From positions 18,166,001 to 18,230,000 of the forward strand of contig NW_024704747.1 of the NCBI RefSeq assembly GCF_018977255.1: 64,000 bases of DNA. Direction: 5' to 3'. Position numbers and translations under genes: made by a program. This DNA comes from Callorhinchus milii. Taxonomy: Eukaryota. Below, in pieces: positions 33,920-55,599 of the stretch. Positions within the stretch are counted from its first letter, which is position 1; each line of letters starts with the position of its first letter. The notes below the pieces were generated by a model, which was not told the origin of the DNA, made no database searches, and saw only the letters and a program-made list of their open reading frames with translations.

Positions 33920-34017
33920 ATGGCGAGAACCGCGAGGCCTCTGAGAAGAGCCATTTCCCAGGTGCTCGATTTCCCGGCCTACATCTGCCGCGAGAGAAGC
34001 AGCCAACACACCGTCAG
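33920..34017 (+). CDS. COQ10B: COQ10B exon 1 (mitochondrial presequence)
   Basis: [34 protein letters not shown]|gtaagg; phase 2 matches exon 2. Confidence 0.85.
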
Positions 34018-37000
34018 GTAAGGCCGTCAGTAGTCGGTCCCCTCCCCCACCCCCCCCCGGCGGCTCTCTCCCTCCCTCCCTCCCCCCCTCTCTCTCTCTC
34101 TCTCTCTCTCCGGCTTCGCACGGAACTCCTCCTCCATTTCCACTCGACCTTGTAAACTTAAAAGGAGCCGCCGGGGTCCACCCGGAGCTCGGGTTCGGCT
34201 GTTTGCAGTGCTGCTGCCCCGGGACAAAGGCCGAGGGGAGTTGGAGAGAGGGAGAGAGTTGGCGGCGGGTCGGGTCGGGCCGGGTGGGTTGTGCCCTCCC
34301 GCCCTCCCGCCGGGCCGGTCGGCCTCCCTCCCCCCCCTCCCGAGCTGAGACCAGGTTCCTCCTCGGTCTGTCTGCGCGCGCACCTTTCAAACCAACTCAC
34401 CGTCCCCCCGACTGCAACCTGTGGCTGAGCATTGGGTCCTTCATCATCATCATCATCCTCAGCAGCAGCAGTAGTAGTTCTGCTGTTTTATTGCCAAGTG
34501 AGAAGGCAAGTCCTCGTGTTTGTCTTGTTATGTTTTGACGGTGTGAAGGGTCTGCCAGCCTGGCACAGGTTGGCACCGCCCTCGCCGCGGAGCCGGAAGG
34601 TTGCAGGTTCTCACGGCAAAAAAAAAGAAAGGGACTTGGAATCGCATAGTCTTAGGATGACACTCCGATGCAGCGCCGGGGTGTGCTGTGTTGGGTGGTC
34701 GGAGGCGCTGTCTCCTTCGGGTGAGATGTGAAACCGCGGTCCCACCTGCCTATTCAGGTGGATGCTAAAGATCCCTTGCGCTGTTCGAAAAGAGACGGGA
34801 AGTTCTCCATCCTGGTGTCCCGACCAACATTCCCCCAAATAATATTGGTCCACTCGCTCCATAACAGCTTGTGGGATGTTGCTGTGTAGGACTCGTTGCC
34901 GTGTTTTGCCCACAAAATACACAGTCGGTCCACTTTCAGTATACCCTGTGAAGCATTTTGAGACGTCTCAACAGTACGATAAGGCACTGTATCAAATGCA
35001 AGTATTGCTATTAGAAAATACTGCCAGCAGGGAAAATGCCTTGGATTTTGAGACACTGTAGTTGGAGTGAAACGTTTTGGAATGTGGTTTGCTGACTATC
35101 TGGTTTCGGTATGCACTAAAAGGCACTTTTTAACCAAGACGTAACTGGACAAGTTGTTGAACATTAAAAGGATTTTGGTTTGTTAGGCAACTGATGCTTG
35201 GAAGGATTCTTTAGAGAAGTTGATTGAGTAGGCGAGATGGACTAATACATTTCTTACATTATGCTAAAAGTGAACTTAACTTGCTGAACAAGTAATAACC
35301 AATTAAATTAAAATAGAATTAGTGACAAGTGAGAGTGAAAAGATCATCGGGAATATTTATTTCTTCATCATCAAAAACGGCCCAAGATTTGTGTTGTACA
35401 GTGGCACATAGCAATTGTTTTTAAAAGTTTGAAAAGTAGGTGATTCTAGAAGCACTGTGTTAATGATTTGGGTTTCTTCTGCCAAGGTACATATTTTAAC
35501 AATTCATTAATTTACGGTTCACACATTCATAGCACTATTCAGAGGTTCTTGCAGTGACAGACAGGACTTGCATCCAGGGATGAAAGCTAGAGGTAAGTGG
35601 TGAAAAGTACAAGCCTGTAATCTTCCTGAAACTGAGTTTCTTAGGGAAGTTTAATATTTTGTGAAGACTGTCCTTGGAATAACATAGAAAAAAAACACAG
35701 TTCAAAGCTCCAGTTCAGTTTACTAGATGATTTCCTGTTTACTTCCACTTATGAGACATTTGGTGGCTTTCATCTGGATACAACGTTATTTGATTGTTCA
35801 GTTGGCGAGATTGACTATGGCTTATTCTTGCCTGAAGTGGCTTCCTGCATCATATTAAAAGTGAAGTTAACATGTAGGCTAAGTTATAACCAATTTTAAT
35901 TAAAAACTGTCTTTACCCTAGCTTGATTGTTGTTGCTAGTTTTTGAAATACCACGTCTTGCTTCAATGGATTAACAGCTGATTTTGTCATCAGACTTTCC
36001 CTTATGTAAGATAAGATGCAATCTTTTATAAAAACAAAACATAAAATACTGCAGATGCTGGAAATCTGAAAACAAAAACAGAAGTCGCTGGGAACACTCA
36101 ACAGGTCAGGCAGCATCTATGGAGAAAAGAAAGTGAGTCAAAGTTTCGGGTCCACCTTCTGACGAAGGGTCGTGGACCCGAAACATTAACTCACTTTCCT
36201 TTCTCCATAGATGCTGCCTGACCTGCTGAGTGTTCCCAGTGACTTCTGTTTCTGTTTTGCAATCTTTTATACTTTATTCTTGTTAAATTGTGTTCTCTAT
36301 TGTTATAAATTACAGTAATTTTACTGGAGGTTGCATGGTTTTGCATTGCATGATTAAGCTCTTCAGAATGGTAATTATGACCAAAATCAAATCCATGTAA
36401 CTGTTGAGAAGCTGTGAACATCTCATGTGATGAATAAAACTGAATAGAATTTGATGATTGGGAATTTATTGCTATATGTTGGAATGTCCTATTTCTGGTC
36501 ATTAGTGGAGGCCACTGCATAGAGATTATAAATTCATTAAAGATACAGTGTATCTGGTTGGTTATGTAGTATAGTAATTTATCAATATTTGCAATTATAT
36601 TAAGAATTTACTAAATCTAACATAAGAAATAAATAACTTGCATATTTATAGCATCATATAACATCTATATCAAATATTTTATGCAATTGCTGTGAAGTGT
36701 ATTAACCCTTTTTTAAGAGAGTAATCTGCACTTTTTAAAGCAATCATACATTAAAAAAAATTATGTTCTTGCATCTGCATGAGTGGAGACTCATATGGAG
36801 TATGAATACTGGTAAAGATTTGTTAGGCCGAGTGGCCTTCTTTCTGTGCAGTATGATCTTTCATGTCAATCTTTGTAAATTTTACTTGGTTTTCGTATTA
36901 AACTATGGTAATGATTTTAATGGTGGTGCTGCCAGATTAGTAATACTAGTTTTAAATGCAGGAGTAATGTGGTGTGACCTGTACATTTAATTGCCTCACT

Positions 37001-40000
37001 CAACCACATTCAACACCCTAATACTGTTGAAAAGCAAACTACTCAAAGCAACAATAAAATTATATTTGTATAACAAAATGAATGAAGCTAAATAAAGTAT
37101 AATCCTAAATCTGAGGATGGAATTTATCAATTGGAAAAATGTGGACATAATTCCACATCCACATTTGCTATACCTCCATGGTGTCAGTCCTATCTATTTG
37201 TGCTAGCAATACAAATCAGCAGCATTATTTCCCATTACCCAAATTTCTGCCCTCTCCACACGAATCATCCTCAACACTGAGTTTCTTTTTGATTGCATCA
37301 GGTTTAAAACGCTGTTCTAAGATGACACTCATTTGCACTTTCCAGCAGAGGTCCCTGGATATCAAATCTGTTTTTTTCCACCCATTGCACACCATCTTAT
37401 TTAAATATTCAATGTACACTGATTTTGGAAATCCCTGGAGGATTCTGCACAGAGACAAATAATTTGCTCCTATTGATAAACTTTAGTCAGTCATTAACAA
37501 GAGAAGAAAAAAATAATTGCATCGCAATCTTAAATTCTCCTCTCACACTAAAGAGACATTCTCTATATCATTGACACTGCATTAACAGATGTAAGAAAAG
37601 GACAGATGCACTGTACAATATTTTAATTGTTTCATGTCCTATAATTGTGAGCTTTCTATTGAAGTAGAGATTAGCTTTGGTTTATTTGACCTATATGTCT
37701 CAATATCAAAATCCATTGACGTCAGAGAAAGATTTATCTGGTGTTCCATTGTGAGAATGTTGAGCAATGTACCGTTTGGTCAGTCAGTAGTGGCCAAAAT
37801 GATTACTTTAACCTTCACCAGTGTTTTATTTGGCATTGACAAGTTGAATTAATGTTATTGTAGTTAAACACTTCCTTTCCTCTCGATTGCTTAAATGCAG
37901 TTTGTGTCTTGTGATTTAGAGCGTACGTCTGTAGATTTAAGGGTTTGTCAGATTTTAGTTTTACTTCCATCACAGAAGTGTGATGCAGTAAAAGACTTTG
38001 TTGACAAGGGAATGACAACGTTAGAATTAATCACAGAATCGTACAGCACAAAAAGAGGCCATTCGGCCCAATGAGTCTATGCCGGCTCTTTGAAAAGAAC
38101 AAAGTAATGTCAATCCCACTCCACAGCCCTTTCTTTCCCCGTAACCTTGCAGACCCGTCCTCCTCAAATACCCGTCCACCGCGTTTTTAAAAGTTGTTAT
38201 CGAATCGCCCTCGATCACCCTTTCAGGCAATGAGTTCCAGATTCGAACAACTCGCTGTGTGAAAATATTTCTTCTCACCTCCCCTCTGCTTCTTTTAGAG
38301 ACTATTTTAAATCTGTGACCTCGAGGCACCGACACATCCACCAGTGGAAACAGTTTTTCCCTTTCTAATCTATCAAATCCCCTCACGATTTTGAAGACCT
38401 CTATTAGGTCTCCTCGTAACCTTCTCTGCTCCAATGAGAATAATCCCAGCCTCTCTAGCCTTTCCTCATAATCAACGGTCCTCATTCCTGGTACCGTTCT
38501 TGGAAATCTCCTCTGCACCCTTTCCAATGCAATAACATCCTTCCTATAGTGTGGTGCCCAGAACTGGGCGCAGTATTCTAACTGAGGCCTAACCAGTGTT
38601 TTATACAGGTTAATCATAATCTCCTGACTCTTGTACTCTATGCCCCTATTTATAAAGCCTTGTATCCCATATGCCCTTTTTACAGCTTTATCTACCTGTC
38701 CTGCAAGGATTCATTTACCTGAACCCCCAGGTCTCCCTGTTCTTTCACCCCCCTTAAGATTGTATTACCAGCCTATATTGCCTCCCCTCAATCTTTCTAC
38801 CAAAATGCATTACTCGCATTTCTCCACGTTGAAATTCATCTGCCATGAATTAGCTGGAGTCTACTTTACTCTTTCATCACAAAATGTCTGTAGATTAATA
38901 TTTGAAATGTTAAGTAATTCAAAAGATTATACTTAAAAGTAATTTTTTAAAATGTAAGCGATTTTTTTAAAAGATGTATAAGTTTGCAATTATAAGGCTG
39001 GGTAACAAGTTGACTGGCAACACCAGTAAGTATACAAGATCTTGCTTTATAATGTTATAAAATACTGGTGGTGGAGTCATTGTCAATTGAAGGTTCAAAA
39101 TGGAATCACAGAGTAATGTATATGTCAGCCTGATTAATGAGGTTTCATCTGGTGTAATTGATACCCAAAAGAGCACTTGTGCTATATATGTTTTATGCGC
39201 TCTCCCCAAATTAAGCATAATTATTATTCTGCATGCAACACAACAAGTACAATATGGTCTTGTATTAAAATCTGTATATTTATAACTATCTGTAATACTT
39301 TCTGTCTCTGTTACTGTAGGCATCTGCCTTCCTGTGGTATTCTAATGAACAGAACCCCCACACTCAAGATACTAAGAAATTGCCTCACCCAGCAAAGAAC
39401 CTTATTCAACCTTGCAGGGCCATTCATAAATAAGAAGAAGGAATATTCAGAGAGACGAGTCATTGGGTTTGTAGTTTTAATGTTGTCTGTTTGATCTAAG
39501 AATTTCAGTGTTAGTTTTGCTGATAGTAAAATTGAATTTAATTTCTTCGTTCTAGGTATTCCATGCTGGAAATGTATACCGTAGTGTCTGGTGTTGCTGA
39601 CTACAAACATTTTGTGCCGTGGTGCAAAAAATCCGACGTTATCTCTAAACGCTCAGGGTATGCTAAAGCTCAACTTGAAATAGGATTTCCACCGATTGTT
39701 GAAAAATACACCTCAGTTGTTACTCTGGTACGGCCGCATTTAGTAAAGGTAAGCTTTCAATAATTACACTTCACTGAAATAAGACTAGCTTATGATTTTT
39801 AAATGCAATTCAAATGTAATATACATCTTGCAAGAGCTTTTATATTAAATGTATAGTTTAATCACATGAGGAATTAATCATTTTACTGAAACATACTGAT
39901 AATCCCTGTTAAAGAATGCAGTATTTGTTGTATAATATACATGTGTAATTTTTTATTACAATATTTTATTCATGTTAACCAGTTTTATCCAATTGGAGGA

Positions 40001-43000
40001 TTGGATAAAATACATATATTTTTTTTAAAATGAGAAAAGTACTCATTAGTAAAACAAACCTTTTGAATAATGTTGCTTCTTTCCTCCCCCCCCCAAGTTA
40101 ACACTCTTCATGAAAATATTCCTTTTAGGCCTCCTGCACAGATGGGAGACTTTTTAATCACTTGGAGACAAATTGGCGTTTCAGCCCAGGAGTTCCTGGA
40201 TACCCAAGAACTTGCACTGTTGACTTTTCGGTAAGGCTTGTGAAACTTGTCTATGTGAAACTGATTAATACAGATAGATCAACTCTAACCTCGTCCCATT
40301 GATATTTAGAACAGCTGGTCTGGATGTGCTCAATGCCAAAGTGGTCATTCTATCTAATTTGTTTGTACTCCACATGCATTAGCAAAGCTAGTTGTCAGCA
40401 AAAAAAGGACAGGCAGTTTTTATTCTTGCAGAAATAATCCCAGTCCACTCCCATGATGTGTTAATTGCAGCACATTAGTTTTTATTGTTTTGTCAAAAAC
40501 AGTCCCAGATTGTTATGGTGCCAGTGGGAATAGCTCTCAGTTGCTTCAGCTTCACGATTAGTGAATAGTTCCTACTTTTCAGCTCAGCATTTTCAGTGCA
40601 TAATACTCAAAAAAAAAGGTTTTTTTCCCCCCACCCTTTGCTTCATTATCTAATAAATAATAGTAATAATAATCCTTGCATTTGATGTGGCATTTTATTT
40701 GATATTGCGCCTTATCACATTGTTGAGACATCTCAAAGCATTATTCATGTTAATTCTTTTTCTTAATTGGCAGCAGCCAGCATGAAGTTCAGTAGCTCTT
40801 ACCCTTTCTGGAGGCTGCATTAAATTATAACCATCCAGATGTTGTATGACTTTTTTCCAGCTATTCAGCCTCAATTTTAGCTGTGCTCATAGCTTTTGGT
40901 ACAGTTCACTTTCTTATACACTTGGATTTCATCACATGCTTTCATTTTGCCCACAAAATATACAATCAACTCACTTCACTGTAACATTGAAGCGCTTTGA
41001 GACGTCTCAAAGACGTGATAAGGCTCTATCAAATGCGAAGATTATTATTTTTTTGACAAACTCTTGAACTATACACGAGATTAAAAGTTTGTTTTGATTT
41101 GTCTGCAGTACGAACCCAGTTTGTTCTACAATCCCTCCAGGGAGAGAGTACACATTCCATTCCAACAGCCTATCTCTGGGATTTCCATGTGTAGGTGGGA
41201 TGCATGGAAATCTCAACTTGGTTTGGATACTCTTAAGCATGGGATTGGTTTTCGCATGTGTCTGGACAAAGAAAAATCAGAAACCTGGAAGGAATTAATG
41301 CATTTTAAGTGATTTATTCTGCACATTTTTTTATTCAAATAGTATAAATAATATGTTCCACCAAAGGCTATTTATAATGTTCTCCAATGGTACAGGTACA
41401 TTTAGGAACTTGTATTATTATCAGAAGATTGTAAGAACATAAGGAATATGTTAGCAAATAGACCAAGGTCCATCTAGTTCTCCTTCCTGGCAATATTATG
41501 CACATATGCCCCGAAATACCCATGTACTATATATCCCATAATGTTTCCTAAAAGGAAACTATTTAATCTGCGTTTGAAAGAATCAACACTTCCTGCTTCA
41601 ACCGGTTTCATAGGGAGCCTGTTCCACAGGTGCACGATTCGCTCACTGAAATAGTGTTTGCGTTCTGATTTCCCCTTCAATCGGAGGCCATGTCCTCTGG
41701 TTTTACTATTTTACTATTCTAGTTTTATTATTACTATTGTCTCTAATAAACCAAACTAGTCTTCATGTCTTCAAGACAATCTCTAGCCAGACATCTTAGA
41801 TCTTCACAATTAATCCAAAGTTTTAGCACAAAAATATTTTTTTGTAGATCATTCCAATACAACCTATACAATGCTCTGTGTGGTGGAGAGAAACGTTCCT
41901 ACCCGAGAACCTGTCTTTCCCCCTATTGTTGAATGCTAAATATCCTGTATTTTNCTTTTTAAAAAAATTACATGGAACATAAAAAAGTGACTTGCCTGAA
42001 ATCTTCAAGCTGTTATAAAGGGATTTTCCAAGTCTTCTGGATTTTTTTTCAACTAATATCTGGTTGCAGAGGTAACTTCAGTCACCTGTCATCAGAATGC
42101 AGAATCCTACTATTCAATCTGGACCTAATCTTGTGTGTCATATGACATGACTCATAGGCTATTAATTAGCTCCTTGGAGAAATCAGAATAAGGCCAATGG
42201 AAGTAAAAGGCTCTTTCCAAACCAGCAGACAATCTACAATAGAAATGAGCATTGATGAGTACAGGCAGACAGAGAGGTAATCTGTGAAATGGGGAATGAT
42301 AATTCAAGTTCCATTTCAATCAGGATTGCTTTCTCCCTCACCCAGTGAAGCACCTTGTGATAAGTATCCTTTGATGAAAGAGAGTTAGTTTTAGAATAGC
42401 ATTTGCAGCACTCCAGAAATAGAAACCCATTCTGGAAATGTCACGTGTTGCAGTTGAAAAGCAAATCTGACTTTTCTCCAAATGGGATATCTTCCAAATA
42501 CAACCTCGGGACCCAGCGTTCCACAGCTTCCAAATGTCTGAAATGTTCTGAATGCTGATTCAGAAGGCATACAATAAGGTCAATGAAGAAACCTGTACTG
42601 ATATCAAGTGCAATCTTGACGTGGTCTAAGCTATGGAGCTGTTCTGTTTGATACAAGTGTCAGTAATACATTTGACTCTTCTAGATATTATGGCGCATTA
42701 AACCTTAAGGGGCACACCTTAGAAATACGCTAACTTCTCCATTACCTTCCACGTAAGTTAGGCACGCAGGAATTCCAGGGGTGCAGATAAATTGGACTTG
42801 ATGTACTTGACGAACAACCTTAAGGTGACCCTCTAACCAGCACTACCTATGACTGATCTGTAAAACCTCCAATAAATATATATCACCAGCATAACTATGA
42901 AGGTGTTCCTTGTCGATATATGAGCTCAAGCAACTCTAAGGATCGCATATCTCAATTGTAAGGTTATTTTAAGTTAGATATGTATTTTCCTTGCACAGAT

Positions 43001-43410
43001 CAACAGAAGTTTATAGCATATATCTTGCCTGCTGCAGTTTCTGCAAGACACAGATCATCCATACCTGCTCCTTATTCACCAATGGATCTTTCTCTGCCAA
43101 CTGCCTGCTCGCTGGAATTCCCAAATCTTCCCTCCACAAGCTGTGGATTATTCTTGTTTAGAAATCAATTTTGTAATTCTTAATAAGTTATCTTCTTTAC
43201 TATTCTTGGTTTAGAAAGTAATTTTTTTTTGTTAACCTGCAGATTTCCTTTGAATTCCGTTCATTGCTGCACTCTCAGCTTGCCACAGTGTTTTTTGATG
43301 AAGTTGTGAAGCAGATGGTGGCAGCGTTTGAAAGAAGAGCAGGAAAGTTGTACGGTCCAGAAACCAATATCCCACGAGAACTTATGCTTCATGAGGTGCA
43401 TCAGACGTAG
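33920..43410 (+). CDS. COQ10B: Coenzyme Q-binding protein COQ10 homolog B (START domain), 5 exons, 708 nt, 235 aa
   Basis: Joined exons are in frame; motifs [43 protein letters not shown]; lies between SF3B1 and HSPD1 as in the vertebrate COQ10B synteny. Confidence 0.95.
34555..35005 (+). mobile_element. Deu-domain (SacSINE1/AmnSINE-like) SINE, near full length
   Basis: Degenerate tRNA head, cttcgggtgagatgtgaaaccgcggtccc..ttcaggtggatgctaaagatccc..tcctggtgtcccgaccaacattcccc, L2-type tail. Confidence 0.7.
36031..36257 (+). mobile_element. Palindromic non-autonomous Penelope-like element with hammerhead-like core
   Basis: Perfect 14-bp TSD TGCAATCTTTTATA (36017-36030, 36258-36271); about 86-bp inverted arms; CTGACGA A GGGTC gtg GACCC GAAAC. 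Confidence 0.8.
38027..38850 (-). mobile_element. CR1-clade LINE 3' fragment
   Basis: [70 protein letters not shown]1 tail ttgggccgaatggcctc..ttctgtgat. Confidence 0.93.
39320..39466 (+). CDS. COQ10B: COQ10B exon 2
   Basis: tag|[25 protein letters not shown]|gtttgt, 147 nt. Confidence 0.93.
39556..39748 (+). CDS. COQ10B: COQ10B exon 3
   Basis: [29 protein letters not shown], 193 nt. Confidence 0.96.
40129..40230 (+). CDS. COQ10B: COQ10B exon 4
   Basis: [34 protein letters not shown], 102 nt. Confidence 0.96.
41130..41267 (-). repeat. Interspersed repeat fragment (copy of 1259-1395)
   Basis: Reverse complement aligns with 1259-1395. Confidence 0.7.
41440..41700 (-). mobile_element. CR1 LINE 3' fragment
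   Basis: [30 protein letters not shown]. Confidence 0.75.
43243..43410 (+). CDS. COQ10B: COQ10B exon 5 (to stop)
   Basis: [38 protein letters not shown], 168 nt. Confidence 0.96.
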   Translation: MSFEFRSLLHSQLATVFFDEVVKQMVAAFERRAGKLYGPETNIPRELMLHEVHQT

Positions 43411-45657
43411 ATTAAAAATAGGAAGGAACCGTTGTAGGTCCCCTTCTTAATGTTGTATAGTTTTATTTATTGGTGTGATGCAGTTCAACTTCCATGTGTG
43501 GGAGTGATTATCTTTACCTATATGTATCACTTGGTTTTACAATATGTATTATGTAGCTGTAAAAATGTTATAGGAAAAGCTTTGGCAAAAAATGTTATAT
43601 ACAATTGCAAGGCTATATGTACATAAAGTGCAAATTATTTAAGGTGTAACTAAGTGCAATTTTCACCTATTGTGGTGCATTGTTAATCTGGACTGGCTAC
43701 TGAGGTTCAATCTGTCCAAGGATAGAAATGAGCAAACAAGCTTGTATTTATGTTCAAGGTTTGGGGAAAAAGACAATTTTGAGCAATGAGCATGTGATGT
43801 TAGTATCAAACACTAATACTGAGATGTCTAGTGATGTGTGGTCTTGAGATTGCAGATATTTTTCATACAATGTACTTTGCTGTAGATTTTGGAACTATTT
43901 TCATATTAGTCCTACCCTTCAATACCTACAACCAAAGTAACAGCATTTTAAATTAAAGGCTCCATTACTAATCTGTTGACTTATGGTAATATAACTTTTT
44001 AGTTCTGGTGCTACTGTACACAGTTCAGGATTTACAGTAACAGAACTGGCATAGTTGTAGATCATATTTCTACAGCAGTGGATTGTGAATCCAAACATCC
44101 ATTGTTTAGTTAATTCCTTTTCTTGGACTGTTTTTTAGTCCCTAAAACTGGTAGCGTTTGTTTGTAAATAGGTGTAAACTCTTCCTTCCTCCAGTTTGCT
44201 GTGCTGATGATTAAAGCCAACAAAGGTGACCTCCATTAAGGGGTCAGGATCAGGAATAGATTCAGTTAAAATTCCTCTCCCCTCCACTATCTAGCAACCT
44301 TGCTTGTCTTAATTTTTGACAGATGTATCAAAGGAATCTGCCTAAAATTGTTGCTGTATATGTTGCTGTCTAGGCTCAAAGATGAGAAAATGTGAGTGAG
44401 GTACTACAGGGCTTCTGGCACTTGTGCAATCGAGGCTCATCACAAAGGGGAGGAAAGAAAAATCTTCATCGATCATAACTGTAAAGTATCAAGTTGAACT
44501 TGTGGGTTGGAAGTTGATTGTTCTTTGATTCTGAATATTCTGCAATTGTCCATTGCCTCCTGCTGTGAACCTGCTCTATATGGATCTTGCTGCTGGCCAT
44601 GATTTATGTCCTGCTTGTTGCAGCAAAATAATTGACCAGTGTCAATTGAAAAGCTAATGATAATAAAAATAAGGACTGCAATTCAAGTACTGTCTTGTAC
44701 ATTTAAACCACATCCATATTTAGATGTTAGTATTTATAGTTTGAGTACAATTACAGTGATAAGACACTGAATTATGTGCTAATCTTAATGCTCAAATGTT
44801 GAGTTTTCCTTGGGTCCTTGTTGAGAGGCAACAATCATTGCAGCCTGAAAGAGCCCAAATGTCTACTGTTGTACGAGACCAGTTTGCTTAATAATTTTTA
44901 AGCAAATACAGCAAATGATGATATCCAGTTAAAATTTAAACTCTAGACTTTCGCAGGGAGACAAAAGAAATCTTATCACTTTCATGTCACTAGGGTACAG
45001 GTGATCCTGATCTCATTGCATTGGTTAGAAAGAAACAATATTTGCCCAAACCATGAATGGCCATTCTGCAGATGACTGCTTTAATCCAATTAGTGAAATT
45101 ATTCTAATCATCATGCACTTAAGGTTTCAACAAATCAATTAATTTTTTTAAATGGTGCCTCATGTTTTTTCCCCATCTTTCTACAAAAGATTTACACTTG
45201 AACTGAAAGGTAGATGTCAGGACAATGCTAATGGCTCCTATATTAATTGGAACAATTGGGTTCCCACCTTTGAAGACAGTCCTCATTTCACACCCCAGTG
45301 GTTCCATTTTATAAGTGGATTGAGAACACATCAAAATGTCAACTCCCATCTTGGTTTAACAGGTAAAGTGTAAAATTTTCTCCACAAATAAAATCACAAA
45401 GAGGGATGATAGCCATCTGCTTTTATTTAAGGCAATGTTACATGATATCTTGTTTTGCTGTACTGGATGGGTGTACGGATCTCATCACCGTCTTGTTTTG
45501 CACAGAGAACCTGCCTTGTATAACTTGTTGCCTACACATCTTTTTAAAAAAACAGTATTATGTCTGTACAGTAGTGGATTACTGTTACAATAAACTAATG
45601 ATGATTTAAGTATGTGCTTCACACATCCAGTATTTTAAGGAATGTACAAATGTTGAT

Positions 45658-45663
45658 TTTATT
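45658..45663 (-). terminator. HSPD1 polyadenylation signal
   Basis: Minus-strand AATAAA about 270 nt after the stop codon. Confidence 0.7.
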
Positions 45664-45929
45664 CAGAATACAAAATAAATTACAATTTCTCAGCACTGAC
45701 AATGAGGGCAGTAAACAAGTCACTCGTTCAAGACCTGGAACAGTTCAACTGAGCTCTATTAACTTAATTACAAGTATCCCAATGATGGAGAGCTGTTTTC
45801 CAAAAAAAAACCTTTCATAGTCATCTTGTAGTCTTCATTGTGGAAGCAGCTGTTCAATTCAGACAATGTTAACAGATACATTGCGTCAGTTATTTCAGTT
45901 CATACAAAAATCTGCATATTTCAGGGAAA

Positions 45930-54627
<8,698 letters not shown>

Positions 54628-55599
54628 TTTGGTGGGGATTTTTCCTGCTGCGTGGGGAGAAACAAAAAAAAAACACACCCGAAAATGTGGAAGCAAATCG
54701 GTGCTGATTTGTACTGTTTATAGTCTGGGGTCAGGGAGGGTGATGAGAACAGAGCGCTGCTGCAACAAGGCCTCACTCTCACTCCTCCTCACATGTGGAG
54801 GAGGGGACACAAGGCACAAGGTCAAACCGAGCCGAGCCGTGCAGCCCCACACCCCACCCTTTGCAAAATAGAAAAAGGAGAAGGAATGGAAATAATAAGG
54901 GAGAGGGGGAATGCAATCAAAAGCCGGACTTTTTGCAGCACCAACGCGGTGGGGGGGGGGGGGAAGCCATTTCAATCCTAAATGTCAAGTGTGAGTGCGA
55001 GTACAGACCCAGACACCCACCCACCCAGACAGAGCCCGCGCGGTGCCCTGACTCTCGCTGTTCATTCATCGCCTCCTTTTTCTCTTCTTTTCCCCCCATT
55101 GTAACTCGCGGCGCGTGAATTCATTTTCAGCGCATGTTCGGTCCCCATCACCCCCTCACCCCCCACCCCCAAACCTCCCCCTTCATCCCGTTATTTTTTG
55201 TGCGTCTTTTTTGTTGTTGGGGGGGGGAAACATTTTGAATCCTTGCATTTGCTGTTTTTTTTAAAAAAAAAACCCACCGAAATTTCGCCCACGAACCCGT
55301 GAAGCGGTCGGTTCAGTTTGCAGTGCGAATGAAGAAGCGCTCTGAGATGTCTCGGGAGAGAGACGTGGACCGGGCGCTGTATTAGTGCAAGTATTATTAT
55401 TATTATTAATATTATTACTAAATACGAATCCCCCCCCTCCTCAAACCCCAAGGAACAGTAGCCCAGGAGTAAGGGCAGCGCTGCTAACAAGTTCGAGGGA
55501 AACGTGCGAAAGAAAAGGGAGAGGGGGGAAAAAAAATTAACAACTCCCTCCCTCCTCCCCAGGTTTAAATTATTTCCCCACACACACACAAAAAAAAAG

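Noticed and set aside
41954-41954. Single N base
   Set aside because: Assembly ambiguity in an intron, no biological signal
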